From positions 3,311 to 67,310 of IMG/VR virus record IMGVR_UViG_2634166314_000001: 64,000 nt of DNA. One strand, written 5' to 3'. Position numbers and translations under genes: made by a program. The number at the start of each line of letters is the position of its first letter. The first letter of the stretch is position 1. The stretch comes from a virus. Its lineage: Duplodnaviria; Caudoviricetes. Below the pieces are notes generated by a model. It was not told the DNA's origin and did no database searches. It saw only the letters and a program-made list of their open reading frames with translations. Positions 49,159 through 56,904 of this stretch are shown here, in pieces.

Positions 49159-49407
49159 ATGGACAAAAAACACAGTATTGCAAGTTGGTTTATCGGTGGT
49201 TTATTTATACTTTTTGCCTTCGCAGGTTTTTTTTCAGAGCCTTTACCTGCATTCTTTTATTTACTTTCAGGCGTCGTTATCCTACCTTACTCATCAAACT
49301 TGATTTTTGGGAAAATAAGGCTAGAATACAACGCAATAAGGGCTTTAAGGTTGTTTTTTGCAATAGTGTTCTATCTTATCGCCCTGAAATGTACAAGCCA
49401 GATTTAA
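49159..49407 (+). CDS. small membrane protein
   Basis: Three hydrophobic segments; downstream of repressor. Confidence 0.55.
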   Translation: MDKKHSIASWFIGGLFILFAFAGFFSEPLPAFFYLLSGVVILPYSSNLIFGKIRLEYNAIRALRLFFAIVFYLIALKCTSQI

Positions 49408-49580
49408 CCAAAATTCAACCCAATTCATAAATAGATGTATTTCAGTCTTATTTTTCATGCAAAATTAAAGTACAATTAAAATACATCTATTTTTTAATAA
49501 TTCGTTTCATTAGCCATCAAATTGAAAAAACCTCTAATCTCCTCATTTTCAGGCTTTTTTAAACCATTCTGTACATCTTT

Positions 49581-49608
49581 ATTTTAATATCTCGTATTAC
49601 CCCCTAAT
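49581..49608 (-). repeat. Right terminal inverted repeat of Mu-like prophage
   Basis: attttaatatctcgtattaccccctaat followed by TATG (49609-49612). Confidence 0.85.
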
Positions 49609-50028
49609 TATGCTGCAGCGGCAATTACCGGGTATCTCTTGCTTAAGAAATATGTTTTTAAGAAGAACTCTGCTCCGGAGGTTTTAGGCTATTCGCCATC
49701 CCTCCCACTCCCTGATCAAAGCGATAGTTTCAAAACTTGGATTAGGGCTACTGGACAAACAATGGTTGACAAGCTCGGTAGTTATCTTTCAACCTGGCAC
49801 TTTACAAATGGCACTTTGAATGATTACATCTTAGAAATCGAAAAGTATAACGATAATCAACTTATCTATGTCATTAACGGATATAATCAGTTGTATTATA
49901 GCAATAACAAAGGGTCGTTAGCTAAGGATTTGGATGATGTATCTTATTATACTCCACTATCCCCGATCCGTGACAATCTTGTGAAAAGAATCAAAACCTT
50001 AGAATTAAAATACCAAAACAATAACTAA
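49609..50028 (+). pseudogene. 3' part of interrupted membrane-protein gene
   Basis: Open frame YAAAAITGYLLLKKYVFKK...; completes the TM helix begun at 12632. Confidence 0.85.
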
Positions 50029-50030
50029 AA

Positions 50031-50189
50031 ATGGATGGATTGTTAGGAAATATTCTCGGCACTGTAAAAACGGATAATCAGATCAGTCTTGACCAGAAAT
50101 CAGTACTAAATACTGGTATTATCTTGGGATTGTCTGCTATTGTTGCCGCAGTACTTATTAAATTCATTTATAAACTATTAGGCTGGTAA
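50031..50189 (+). CDS. small membrane protein (52 aa)
   Basis: Read from sequence: MDGLLGNILG...IILGLSAIVAAVLIKFIYKLLGW*. Confidence 0.65.
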   Translation: MDGLLGNILGTVKTDNQISLDQKSVLNTGIILGLSAIVAAVLIKFIYKLLGW

Positions 50190-50935
50190 TGATGACAAAA
50201 TCTGAAATAGAACTTGAAAAAGAGTTGCTGTTGATTTCTCAGGAGGAAGCTGCTGAACGGCTTTTGCAACTCGAAGCGGAACAGGCGAAAATTGCCAAAA
50301 CTGAAAAGGAAGAACTTCGAAAACGAAAACTTTCACTTTTAGATGATGCTCGAAATTACGAAGCCCTTGCCAGAGATGCAAAAACTAAAGAGGACACAGA
50401 TCAAAAGCTCGATTGGGCGAAAGCCTCAAGAGATGAAGCTGCAAAGATTGTAATCGAAGGGGAGACCTTCGAGGAAGAATTGCCAAAAGTAGAACAGATT
50501 GCCAATAAACGAAAACTGAGTCGATTCATTGCAAAATACATGCCATTCATTCAGGTTGGCGTGCTGGTTTCAATGATTGTCGCTCTGTTAATGTCATTTT
50601 ATGGTTATCAAGCAAAGATTGAGCGGGCAAATTCACTCTTAAGTGAAGATGAGCTTATTACAAAAAAAGTAAACGCTTTCAACGATTCAAATTTACAGAG
50701 AATTGTATTTGAGCGGTTACTACAGAGTACCGACCTGGTATTCATTTTGATTTTCCTGTTAATTATTGCGCCATCCGTTCTATGCTATCAATTGCCGTTT
50801 GTTAAGTCAAATAAAGATTTTTATCACGATTTTTTCTACAAACTAACCGCATGGGAAAGGATAAAATTTGTTGCTATGTTATTTGGATCGTTGCTAATTT
50901 ATTTTGGTTTGAGTCACTCAGTCAACCAATTTTGA
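50189..50935 (+). CDS. coiled-coil plus three-TM membrane protein
   Basis: Charged N-terminal half, three hydrophobic segments. Confidence 0.7.
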   Translation: MMTKSEIELEKELLLISQEEAAERLLQLEAEQAKIAKTEKEELRKRKLSLLDDARNYEALARDAKTKEDTDQKLDWAKASRDEAAKIVIEGETFEEELPKVEQIANKRKLSRFIAKYMPFIQVGVLVSMIVALLMSFYGYQAKIERANSLLSEDELITKKVNAFNDSNLQRIVFERLLQSTDLVFILIFLLIIAPSVLCYQLPFVKSNKDFYHDFFYKLTAWERIKFVAMLFGSLLIYFGLSHSVNQF

Positions 50936-51483
50936 GCGAATCGGAGCTGAGGGAAAAAATAGTTAAAGCCCAGGAAAAGTATCTGACAGTTAGAGAAGAT
51001 AGATACTGGAGTAACACTCAAAAGACATGGGTTTACACGAATAGAGGAACTGAATTAGATAAAATTCAAAAACGGGCAGGTTGTCCACTTGGGTGCTATT
51101 GGTGCGGTGCATATCAAACTGTTTTACATCAGGATGTCGGGATAGACGTTCGAAAAGATTTCGGGATTGAAAATCCGCTTTCGGTTAGAGAATGGTTTAA
51201 GAAAAGTTCTCGAATAGTGTATATAAAGGGCTCTGGAAATCAAAGAACTGGCATTTTGCCTAAAAAGGGCGATGAGATGCGAATGTTTTATTCCCATATC
51301 GAAATGTACGTCGGTGATGACTGGTTAAAAGATTTTGCAAGAAAAAAAATCCCCAGCGGGGGCGGAAACACGGGAGGCGGCAAAGGCTGGCATGGTGTTT
51401 ACATCACCAATCGAAATTTAAACGAAATACAGTTAGTCAGTAATCATATTAGTTTCTATTATAATAAGCAAAAAAAGCTGTGA
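50851..51483 (+). CDS. CHAP-like peptidoglycan amidase with signal-like N-terminus
   Basis: YWCGAY, PKKGD, SHIEMY, GGNT. Confidence 0.7.
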   Translation: MGKDKICCYVIWIVANLFWFESLSQPILSESELREKIVKAQEKYLTVREDRYWSNTQKTWVYTNRGTELDKIQKRAGCPLGCYWCGAYQTVLHQDVGIDVRKDFGIENPLSVREWFKKSSRIVYIKGSGNQRTGILPKKGDEMRMFYSHIEMYVGDDWLKDFARKKIPSGGGNTGGGKGWHGVYITNRNLNEIQLVSNHISFYYNKQKKL

Positions 51484-52160
51484 GCCTGATTTTTATAGAT
51501 AAAATTCCTGCAAACCTCAGAACCGAATTTGAAAAGAAATTAAGGGTTGTTTGTATGAATCTTAAGATCAGAAATCCTAATTGGTTAATGGCGTTGATAT
51601 GGGCTGAGTCGAGATTTATACCAACCGCTAAGGCTCCAGACTCTACGGCAACTGGCTTAATACAGTTTTTAGAATCTACCGCAAATGAAATAGGATATTC
51701 AACTGCCCAGATTGCTAAAATGAATGTTATCGAGCAGTTGGTTCCAGTAGAGAGGTATCTATCGTTGCAAATTAAAAGGTATGGTTTGCCTGATAATGGG
51801 TATGAGTTGTATGAGTTGGTGCATTACCCGGCAGCATTTAAAAAAGCAAATGGTTTTATCCTGTATTCAAAAGGTTCAGCCGCATACAACGCAAATAGGC
51901 TTGATTATGATAAGGACGGTAATGTAACAGTATTCGAGTTAAAGACTTTTTTAGAGAAACAGGTTAACCCGTATTACGATATTTCCTTCTTGAATCAGTC
52001 GGAATCTGGACAAAATGTAAATCAGTTTATCCAAGGGGTTCCTAATTTTTTACTTTGGGTTATTGTAGTTGGCTTTTTCTTTTTCACAGGGTTTTCATTA
52101 TTGAAACCGGGTTCCTGGAAGGCTTTTAGAATAATGATAATTGGACTATTTAAGAAATGA
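51480..52160 (+). CDS. lytic transglycosylase with C-terminal membrane anchor
   Basis: WLMALIWAESRF, ATGLIQF, LDYDKDGNVT, terminal TM. Confidence 0.8.
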   Translation: MSLIFIDKIPANLRTEFEKKLRVVCMNLKIRNPNWLMALIWAESRFIPTAKAPDSTATGLIQFLESTANEIGYSTAQIAKMNVIEQLVPVERYLSLQIKRYGLPDNGYELYELVHYPAAFKKANGFILYSKGSAAYNANRLDYDKDGNVTVFELKTFLEKQVNPYYDISFLNQSESGQNVNQFIQGVPNFLLWVIVVGFFFFTGFSLLKPGSWKAFRIMIIGLFKK

Positions 52161-52630
52161 TGACAATCGGTTTTGAAACTTTTGACATAGATCATCCGGA
52201 AGTATCCACGATTATAATGAGTCTGGCCAGTGCAGGGATATGGTCACATTGCGAGATACACTTTAGTGACGGAGCAGTCGGAACAGCCGGAGACAAAAGA
52301 AGGGGTGTAATGCTTATTTCAGATAAGGACAAAGTTTACAAACCTGAAAACTGGCAGTTCTTTCAGATACCAGCCAAGGCGGATCAAGAGGCTAAAGTGA
52401 GACAGTATTTTATAGATAGACAATCAGAAAGATATAATTGGACTGGCATTTTTGCCGGAATGATCGCAGGTTTTGATCTTACAAATTCTAATGGTCAGTT
52501 CTGTAGCGAAATATGTTTTAATTCATTGGTTCAAGCAGGGGTTATTGAAAGTTATGGATTAAAAAGTTTCCAACTCTCTCCATCGCATTTATACGAAATT
52601 TTAACAAGGTTGAAATTTAAGAAATTATGA
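52157..52630 (+). CDS. permuted papain-like (NlpC/P60, YiiX-type) enzyme
   Basis: WSHCEI, Y.W.G, FCSE, LSP..L. Confidence 0.7.
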   Translation: MMTIGFETFDIDHPEVSTIIMSLASAGIWSHCEIHFSDGAVGTAGDKRRGVMLISDKDKVYKPENWQFFQIPAKADQEAKVRQYFIDRQSERYNWTGIFAGMIAGFDLTNSNGQFCSEICFNSLVQAGVIESYGLKSFQLSPSHLYEILTRLKFKKL

Positions 52631-52767
52631 AAAAATGGTTCTTTATTATTGGAATTGGCGTAAACCTTTTAATTGTAATCGGTTTGGTACTTCAATTCTT
52701 TGTCAATATCAATACGTTGAAAGAGCAACGCATGCGTAAACAACTTGAAAATGTACCAACGAAATAA
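52627..52767 (+). CDS. small membrane protein (46 aa)
   Basis: Read from sequence: MKKWFFIIGIGVNLLIVIGLVLQFF... Confidence 0.55.
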   Translation: MKKWFFIIGIGVNLLIVIGLVLQFFVNINTLKEQRMRKQLENVPTK

Positions 52768-52888
52768 ATACTATTTATTCATCACATTGATTGTGTTTGG
52801 TATAGGAAGCTATATCACATTGGATGCAATTTTCATTAAACCAGGGCGACTGAAATCAAACCGGAAATTTGTAATCAAAAGAAATTAA
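52751..52888 (+). CDS. small membrane protein (45 aa)
   Basis: Read from sequence: MYQRNKYYLFITLIVFGIGSYITL... Confidence 0.5.
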   Translation: MYQRNKYYLFITLIVFGIGSYITLDAIFIKPGRLKSNRKFVIKRN

Positions 52889-52891
52889 AAA

Positions 52892-53611
52892 ATGCCTTTA
52901 GCAATCGAAATATTGAAATCCTCATTTTACACGACAAATCAAGTGCCGGGTAATATGGCGATTGTGAACCAGATCAGAAGTGCGTACGGAGCAATCATTA
53001 ACGAGGCGTGTTCCTCAGCAAATGCAAGGCTTGATTCGTACATCTTGGAAGCACTTTTTTTCATCGAAAGCAAGGGCAATCCGAATGCTGCGAACGGGCA
53101 AGCCTACGGAATCGGGCAATTGGACCCAAAAACGGCAAGCAATATTCCATTCTGGCTCAAAAAAAGAGCAAAAATCATGACGGATTCTCAGGAAGCTAAG
53201 ATTTATCAACTTTTTGGTCAAAACCTTGCGGATTGTCTGCTGAATCTAAAGTGGGATAACGCTCCCAGTAAATGTTCAGGTGCTGCAGATTCAACAAATC
53301 TGATAACAAAGCAACAGTTATTAAATCCAGAGATAAATATTTGGTTGTCTTCCATGTATATGGATTATTTAGTCGACAAGTATTCTGAAGGAGGAATCAT
53401 AGGAATCGGCAATCCGACAAAAGTCAGGATGGACAAAATTATTGTACACTACAATGCCGGGCAGGGTAATGCAAATAAAGTGCCGAAGTCCTTAACACCT
53501 ACTGACACTGTCAGTTTTGTGAAAAATAATATTTCTAATACCACATCTGATTACATTCTAAAGTTTATAGGCACAAACGGGCTTATAGACTCAATTACAA
53601 GAACTCTCTAA
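52892..53611 (+). CDS. SLT-family lytic transglycosylase
   Basis: IESKGNPNA, AYGIGQL, LLNPEINI, HYNAG. Confidence 0.85.
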   Translation: MPLAIEILKSSFYTTNQVPGNMAIVNQIRSAYGAIINEACSSANARLDSYILEALFFIESKGNPNAANGQAYGIGQLDPKTASNIPFWLKKRAKIMTDSQEAKIYQLFGQNLADCLLNLKWDNAPSKCSGAADSTNLITKQQLLNPEINIWLSSMYMDYLVDKYSEGGIIGIGNPTKVRMDKIIVHYNAGQGNANKVPKSLTPTDTVSFVKNNISNTTSDYILKFIGTNGLIDSITRTL

Positions 53612-53623
53612 ACTCATTATAAA

Positions 53624-54211
53624 ATGGCTCTGATTACTAAAGGTTCTAAAATTTATTGCTTTTCAAAAGCGGGGTGTACTGTATATGAAGACGAGCATTA
53701 CGGAGCGCATTTTCCTGATTGGCACGAGCCTATGATGCAATGGTATGGTGACAGTGGGACGACAAATGAGCCAAAACGGTTTTTGCAGGGTTCTCTAATC
53801 GGAACAGCAACAGGCGAAAAAAGAGTAAAGGGTGATGTGTTGTACTACCAGGTAAACACATTTTCAGAAAACCGTAACAGTACAGGGTTCCTCGGTTGGG
53901 GTGCAGGTGAATACACACCAAGACCGATGTTGGCCTGGGTAAGCAGTCAGGATGCTACTGACAGCGAGGATGCGGCTTTTGCTGCATTCGACAAAAGGGA
54001 GGATGGTGCATCTATTGAAGATATTAAGAAGGCGAACGCCAATGGTGACACTGGTTACACAAAGCCTCCTAAAAGTGCGGCCGGAAGTGGAAATACCCCA
54101 GGCGCTGGAACTCCTAATTCAAACGCATCATCAAGTAAAATTCTTCTGTATGGGCTTGCAGTTGCCGTAGTAGGGTTTGTCATTTATTTGTTTGCCCGGA
54201 AACATAATTAA
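53624..54211 (+). CDS. C-terminally anchored membrane protein
   Basis: G/S/P/N linker then ILLYGLAVAVVGFVIYLFARKHN. Confidence 0.7.
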   Translation: MALITKGSKIYCFSKAGCTVYEDEHYGAHFPDWHEPMMQWYGDSGTTNEPKRFLQGSLIGTATGEKRVKGDVLYYQVNTFSENRNSTGFLGWGAGEYTPRPMLAWVSSQDATDSEDAAFAAFDKREDGASIEDIKKANANGDTGYTKPPKSAAGSGNTPGAGTPNSNASSSKILLYGLAVAVVGFVIYLFARKHN

Positions 54212-54229
54212 CCTCTAAACCTAATTAAA

Positions 54230-54628
54230 ATGGGAGCATATAAAGACGCAACAGGAAAGACCCGGGTGGGGAAAGTACTTCAGGACATTGGTGGTTTCTT
54301 CTCAGGTATTTTTAAGAAAAAGACTGATACGAGCTCTACCAGTTCAAGTCCTGCGGGGACTTCTTCCGGATCGGATAACTCGAAGGGTGCAACAGGAACT
54401 TTCGATTGGGCGAGTTTGATAGTAACTATTGGGGGAATTGTAGGCGGGGTACTGGGGATTAATTCAGGGGAAAATGCCGGGATTCCCGCAAATACAACTA
54501 TTACACCGGCTCAACAACAACAGCTAGAGGATGAACAGTCCGCTAAAACCGGGAAGTTCACTATCATAGGAATTGTACTTGTTGTGGTTGCAATTATTTC
54601 ATTTTTCATTTTCAGGAAGAAAAAGTAA
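54230..54628 (+). CDS. low-complexity membrane protein with C-terminal anchor
   Basis: S/T/G-rich; ends IIGIVLVVVAIISFFIFRKKK. Confidence 0.7.
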   Translation: MGAYKDATGKTRVGKVLQDIGGFFSGIFKKKTDTSSTSSSPAGTSSGSDNSKGATGTFDWASLIVTIGGIVGGVLGINSGENAGIPANTTITPAQQQQLEDEQSAKTGKFTIIGIVLVVVAIISFFIFRKKK

Positions 54629-55396
54629 ATGGTTAACATCGGTATCATATCCCAGGTCTCAAGTTTGGACAGATCCACCCTCTTGAAAATAAGAGAAGCC
54701 CTAAACATTCAGGCTGGACAACTCTTAAATTTGAATGGGTACGAAGGACATTATGAGGTATTTGATTCTATTTCCAGTATGCCGGATAATTATTATCCGA
54801 TGTACATCAAAAGCGAAATCGACCAGCCGGAATTAAATGGATACCATTGGGTTGACGAGAAGAATAAGCCATATATAGATGTTCGATACAATAGCGACTT
54901 TGATGCTTTAACCCTTACAATGAGTCATGAAGGAATTGAGACAATTGCGAATCCAAGGGTAGATAAATTTCTGAAAGCAGACAATTTTCTTAACGAACCT
55001 AACTTGCAAGGAGAGTTCTTTTTTGAGATTGCGGATATAACACAAAGTAAGGAATTCGCCTATCGAATTAACGGAATATTAGTATCAAATTTTGTATCAA
55101 ACAATTGGTATGACACAACCAAAGTTACAGGACAAAAATATGATTATCTGGGATATTGTACAGAGCCACGGCAATTGCTTGAAGGTGGTTATAAAAGCCT
55201 AAAGGTTACTGATAAACGTGACCCCAGCATTGTTGAATACTGGCAGGCTTTTAAACAGAAAGGAGTAATTATCTGGAAGAAATTAAACGGAAAAGATGTT
55301 GCTTTAACTGCAATCAGCAATCCGTTTCCCTGGTTAATTGTAACAATTTCAGCCGTTTTTATTTTCCTGTTTTTGATATTTAGAAAAAAATCATAA
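54629..55396 (+). CDS. zincin-like metalloprotein with C-terminal anchor
   Basis: GYH, SHEGIETIANP, EIAD, VSNFV; terminal TM plus RKKS. Confidence 0.6.
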   Translation: MVNIGIISQVSSLDRSTLLKIREALNIQAGQLLNLNGYEGHYEVFDSISSMPDNYYPMYIKSEIDQPELNGYHWVDEKNKPYIDVRYNSDFDALTLTMSHEGIETIANPRVDKFLKADNFLNEPNLQGEFFFEIADITQSKEFAYRINGILVSNFVSNNWYDTTKVTGQKYDYLGYCTEPRQLLEGGYKSLKVTDKRDPSIVEYWQAFKQKGVIIWKKLNGKDVALTAISNPFPWLIVTISAVFIFLFLIFRKKS

Positions 55397-55410
55397 AAAA
55401 TACCTCAGCT

Positions 55411-55629
55411 ATGAAAAAGACAAAATCGGCTCCTAAAAAAGCATCTAAGCCAAAAAAGAAAGTGGTAAAATCAGGTTTAACTCCTGCTCAGAAACGAATC
55501 AAAAGAATCAGTCAGGTTGCTACTGAGATTCAAAAGTCAGGCGGAAAGACAACGAAAAAAGTAACTGTATCAAAGTTTAAAGTAAGTCGTGTCGAGGCGG
55601 TAAAAAGAGCCGCAAAACAGGTTAAGTGA
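55411..55629 (+). CDS. highly basic histone-like protein
   Basis: K/R-rich 72 aa. Confidence 0.65.
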   Translation: MKKTKSAPKKASKPKKKVVKSGLTPAQKRIKRISQVATEIQKSGGKTTKKVTVSKFKVSRVEAVKRAAKQVK

Positions 55630-56015
55630 TGCTTTTAATTGCTCGGCTCAATTCTGAAATTACCCTCAAGCGGTGGAAGTTTCTACTACTCCGTTTGGGG
55701 GCAATAGCATTTTTACTTGGTTGTTTTGGTTTCTGGATGTACTATAGACAGGCAGATTTTCGAATTGCTCAGATGCAAACTGAAAATGATTATCTGACAA
55801 AGGTGCTGAGAGATAATCAGGGAAAGCGATCTGCATTACAGAAATCATTTGCAGAGGCAATTAAGAAAGGTTTAAATACTAATGCTGAAATAGAAAATAA
55901 AGATGCTGCAGATCAGAAATATCTTGAAAGTAATAGCCTGGATCGTACTGATTCTGCCAGAGACGCTCTATGGCAAAAGTATTACGGCAGCAGACTCTAC
56001 AGCCAGAAAAGATAG
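55626..56015 (+). CDS. membrane-anchored coiled-coil protein (spanin-like)
   Basis: N-terminal TM then coiled coil. Confidence 0.5.
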   Translation: MMLLIARLNSEITLKRWKFLLLRLGAIAFLLGCFGFWMYYRQADFRIAQMQTENDYLTKVLRDNQGKRSALQKSFAEAIKKGLNTNAEIENKDAADQKYLESNSLDRTDSARDALWQKYYGSRLYSQKR

Positions 56016-56355
56016 TTTAGAGATTCAGGAACCATTGTTCTTAGTCAGAAAGTCACAGATTGACTTGGCGATTAATAATAAGATCGCTCTGGATTCTCTT
56101 AGGATCAGATTTGAATTATTGAAGCTGAGTTCGAAAGTAAGTCTGGAAAAAGCAAAAGTGATAGGTTCTCAGATATTTCAGATTTGTGATGACGATATGA
56201 AGACAGCCGGGATTATAATTGCAAATGATAAAAAGATCAGAAAACGGCTCAATCTTAAGTTAGTATTGCAATATATCAAAGCACCTCTGCTCGGTGCTGG
56301 TTTATTTTACCTCGGAAATATAGCAGCACAAAAAGGCTTAATTATAAAGTTATGA
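55903..56355 (+). CDS. spanin-like partner
   Basis: Overlaps previous gene; signal-like N-terminus and C-terminal hydrophobic segment. Confidence 0.5.
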   Translation: MLQIRNILKVIAWIVLILPETLYGKSITAADSTARKDSLEIQEPLFLVRKSQIDLAINNKIALDSLRIRFELLKLSSKVSLEKAKVIGSQIFQICDDDMKTAGIIIANDKKIRKRLNLKLVLQYIKAPLLGAGLFYLGNIAAQKGLIIKL

Positions 56356-56537
56356 ACATATTCTCGTCAATTTTAGGGGCAATATTCGGTACTTCGGACA
56401 ATAGTTCTGAGGAATTGGGGGCTTTGAAGCAACAAGTATCGGCCTTAACCAAGTCAGTAAAAACTTTCAAAATCATTAGTGCGGTTTTGGGAATTGGTTT
56501 CCTAACTACCCTGATCTTATATCTGAGAAAGAAATGA
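56352..56537 (+). CDS. small C-terminally anchored protein
   Basis: IISAVLGIGFLTTLILYLRKK. Confidence 0.65.
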   Translation: MNIFSSILGAIFGTSDNSSEELGALKQQVSALTKSVKTFKIISAVLGIGFLTTLILYLRKK

Positions 56538-56899
56538 AAATACTTAAAACCATATTCGTATTGGCAATAATCGGGGGAATTTCTGCTCTGATCTATAAAT
56601 TCCGTATCGAACTTGGAATTGAGGATAGCACCGATCAAGCTGCTACAACTCCTGAAAACCTTACTGCTAATATTCAGCCGGAATTGATTTCTGACTCTCA
56701 ATCGTTGGTAAATTATACAGACCGCCAGTTAGCTACTGCCGCTATAGCATTAGCTATAAAAAATCAGCCTGTTTCCACTAATACGATAAGTTTTTACGAT
56801 CCCAATAATGTTAAAGAAGGTTGGAATTACGTTCCGGGCGAGGGCCTTTACTATCGACAAGGCAAAGATTTGCTATTTATCCACTCAACATTACAATAA
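56534..56899 (+). CDS. N-terminally anchored membrane protein
   Basis: IFVLAIIGGISALIY. Confidence 0.65.
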   Translation: MKILKTIFVLAIIGGISALIYKFRIELGIEDSTDQAATTPENLTANIQPELISDSQSLVNYTDRQLATAAIALAIKNQPVSTNTISFYDPNNVKEGWNYVPGEGLYYRQGKDLLFIHSTLQ

Positions 56900-56904
56900 T
56901 TCAT

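Larger units (their letters stand above)
12699..49608. mobile_element. Mu-like transposable prophage with contractile tail, 36,910 bp
   Basis: Transposase A/B, repressor, Mu-type head genes, sheath/tube/baseplate; inverted ends; flanking TATG duplication; splits a gene. Confidence 0.93.

Noticed and set aside
49639-50028. Intact gene starting at TTG 49639
   Set aside because: Better explained as the 3' part of the gene beginning at 12632.
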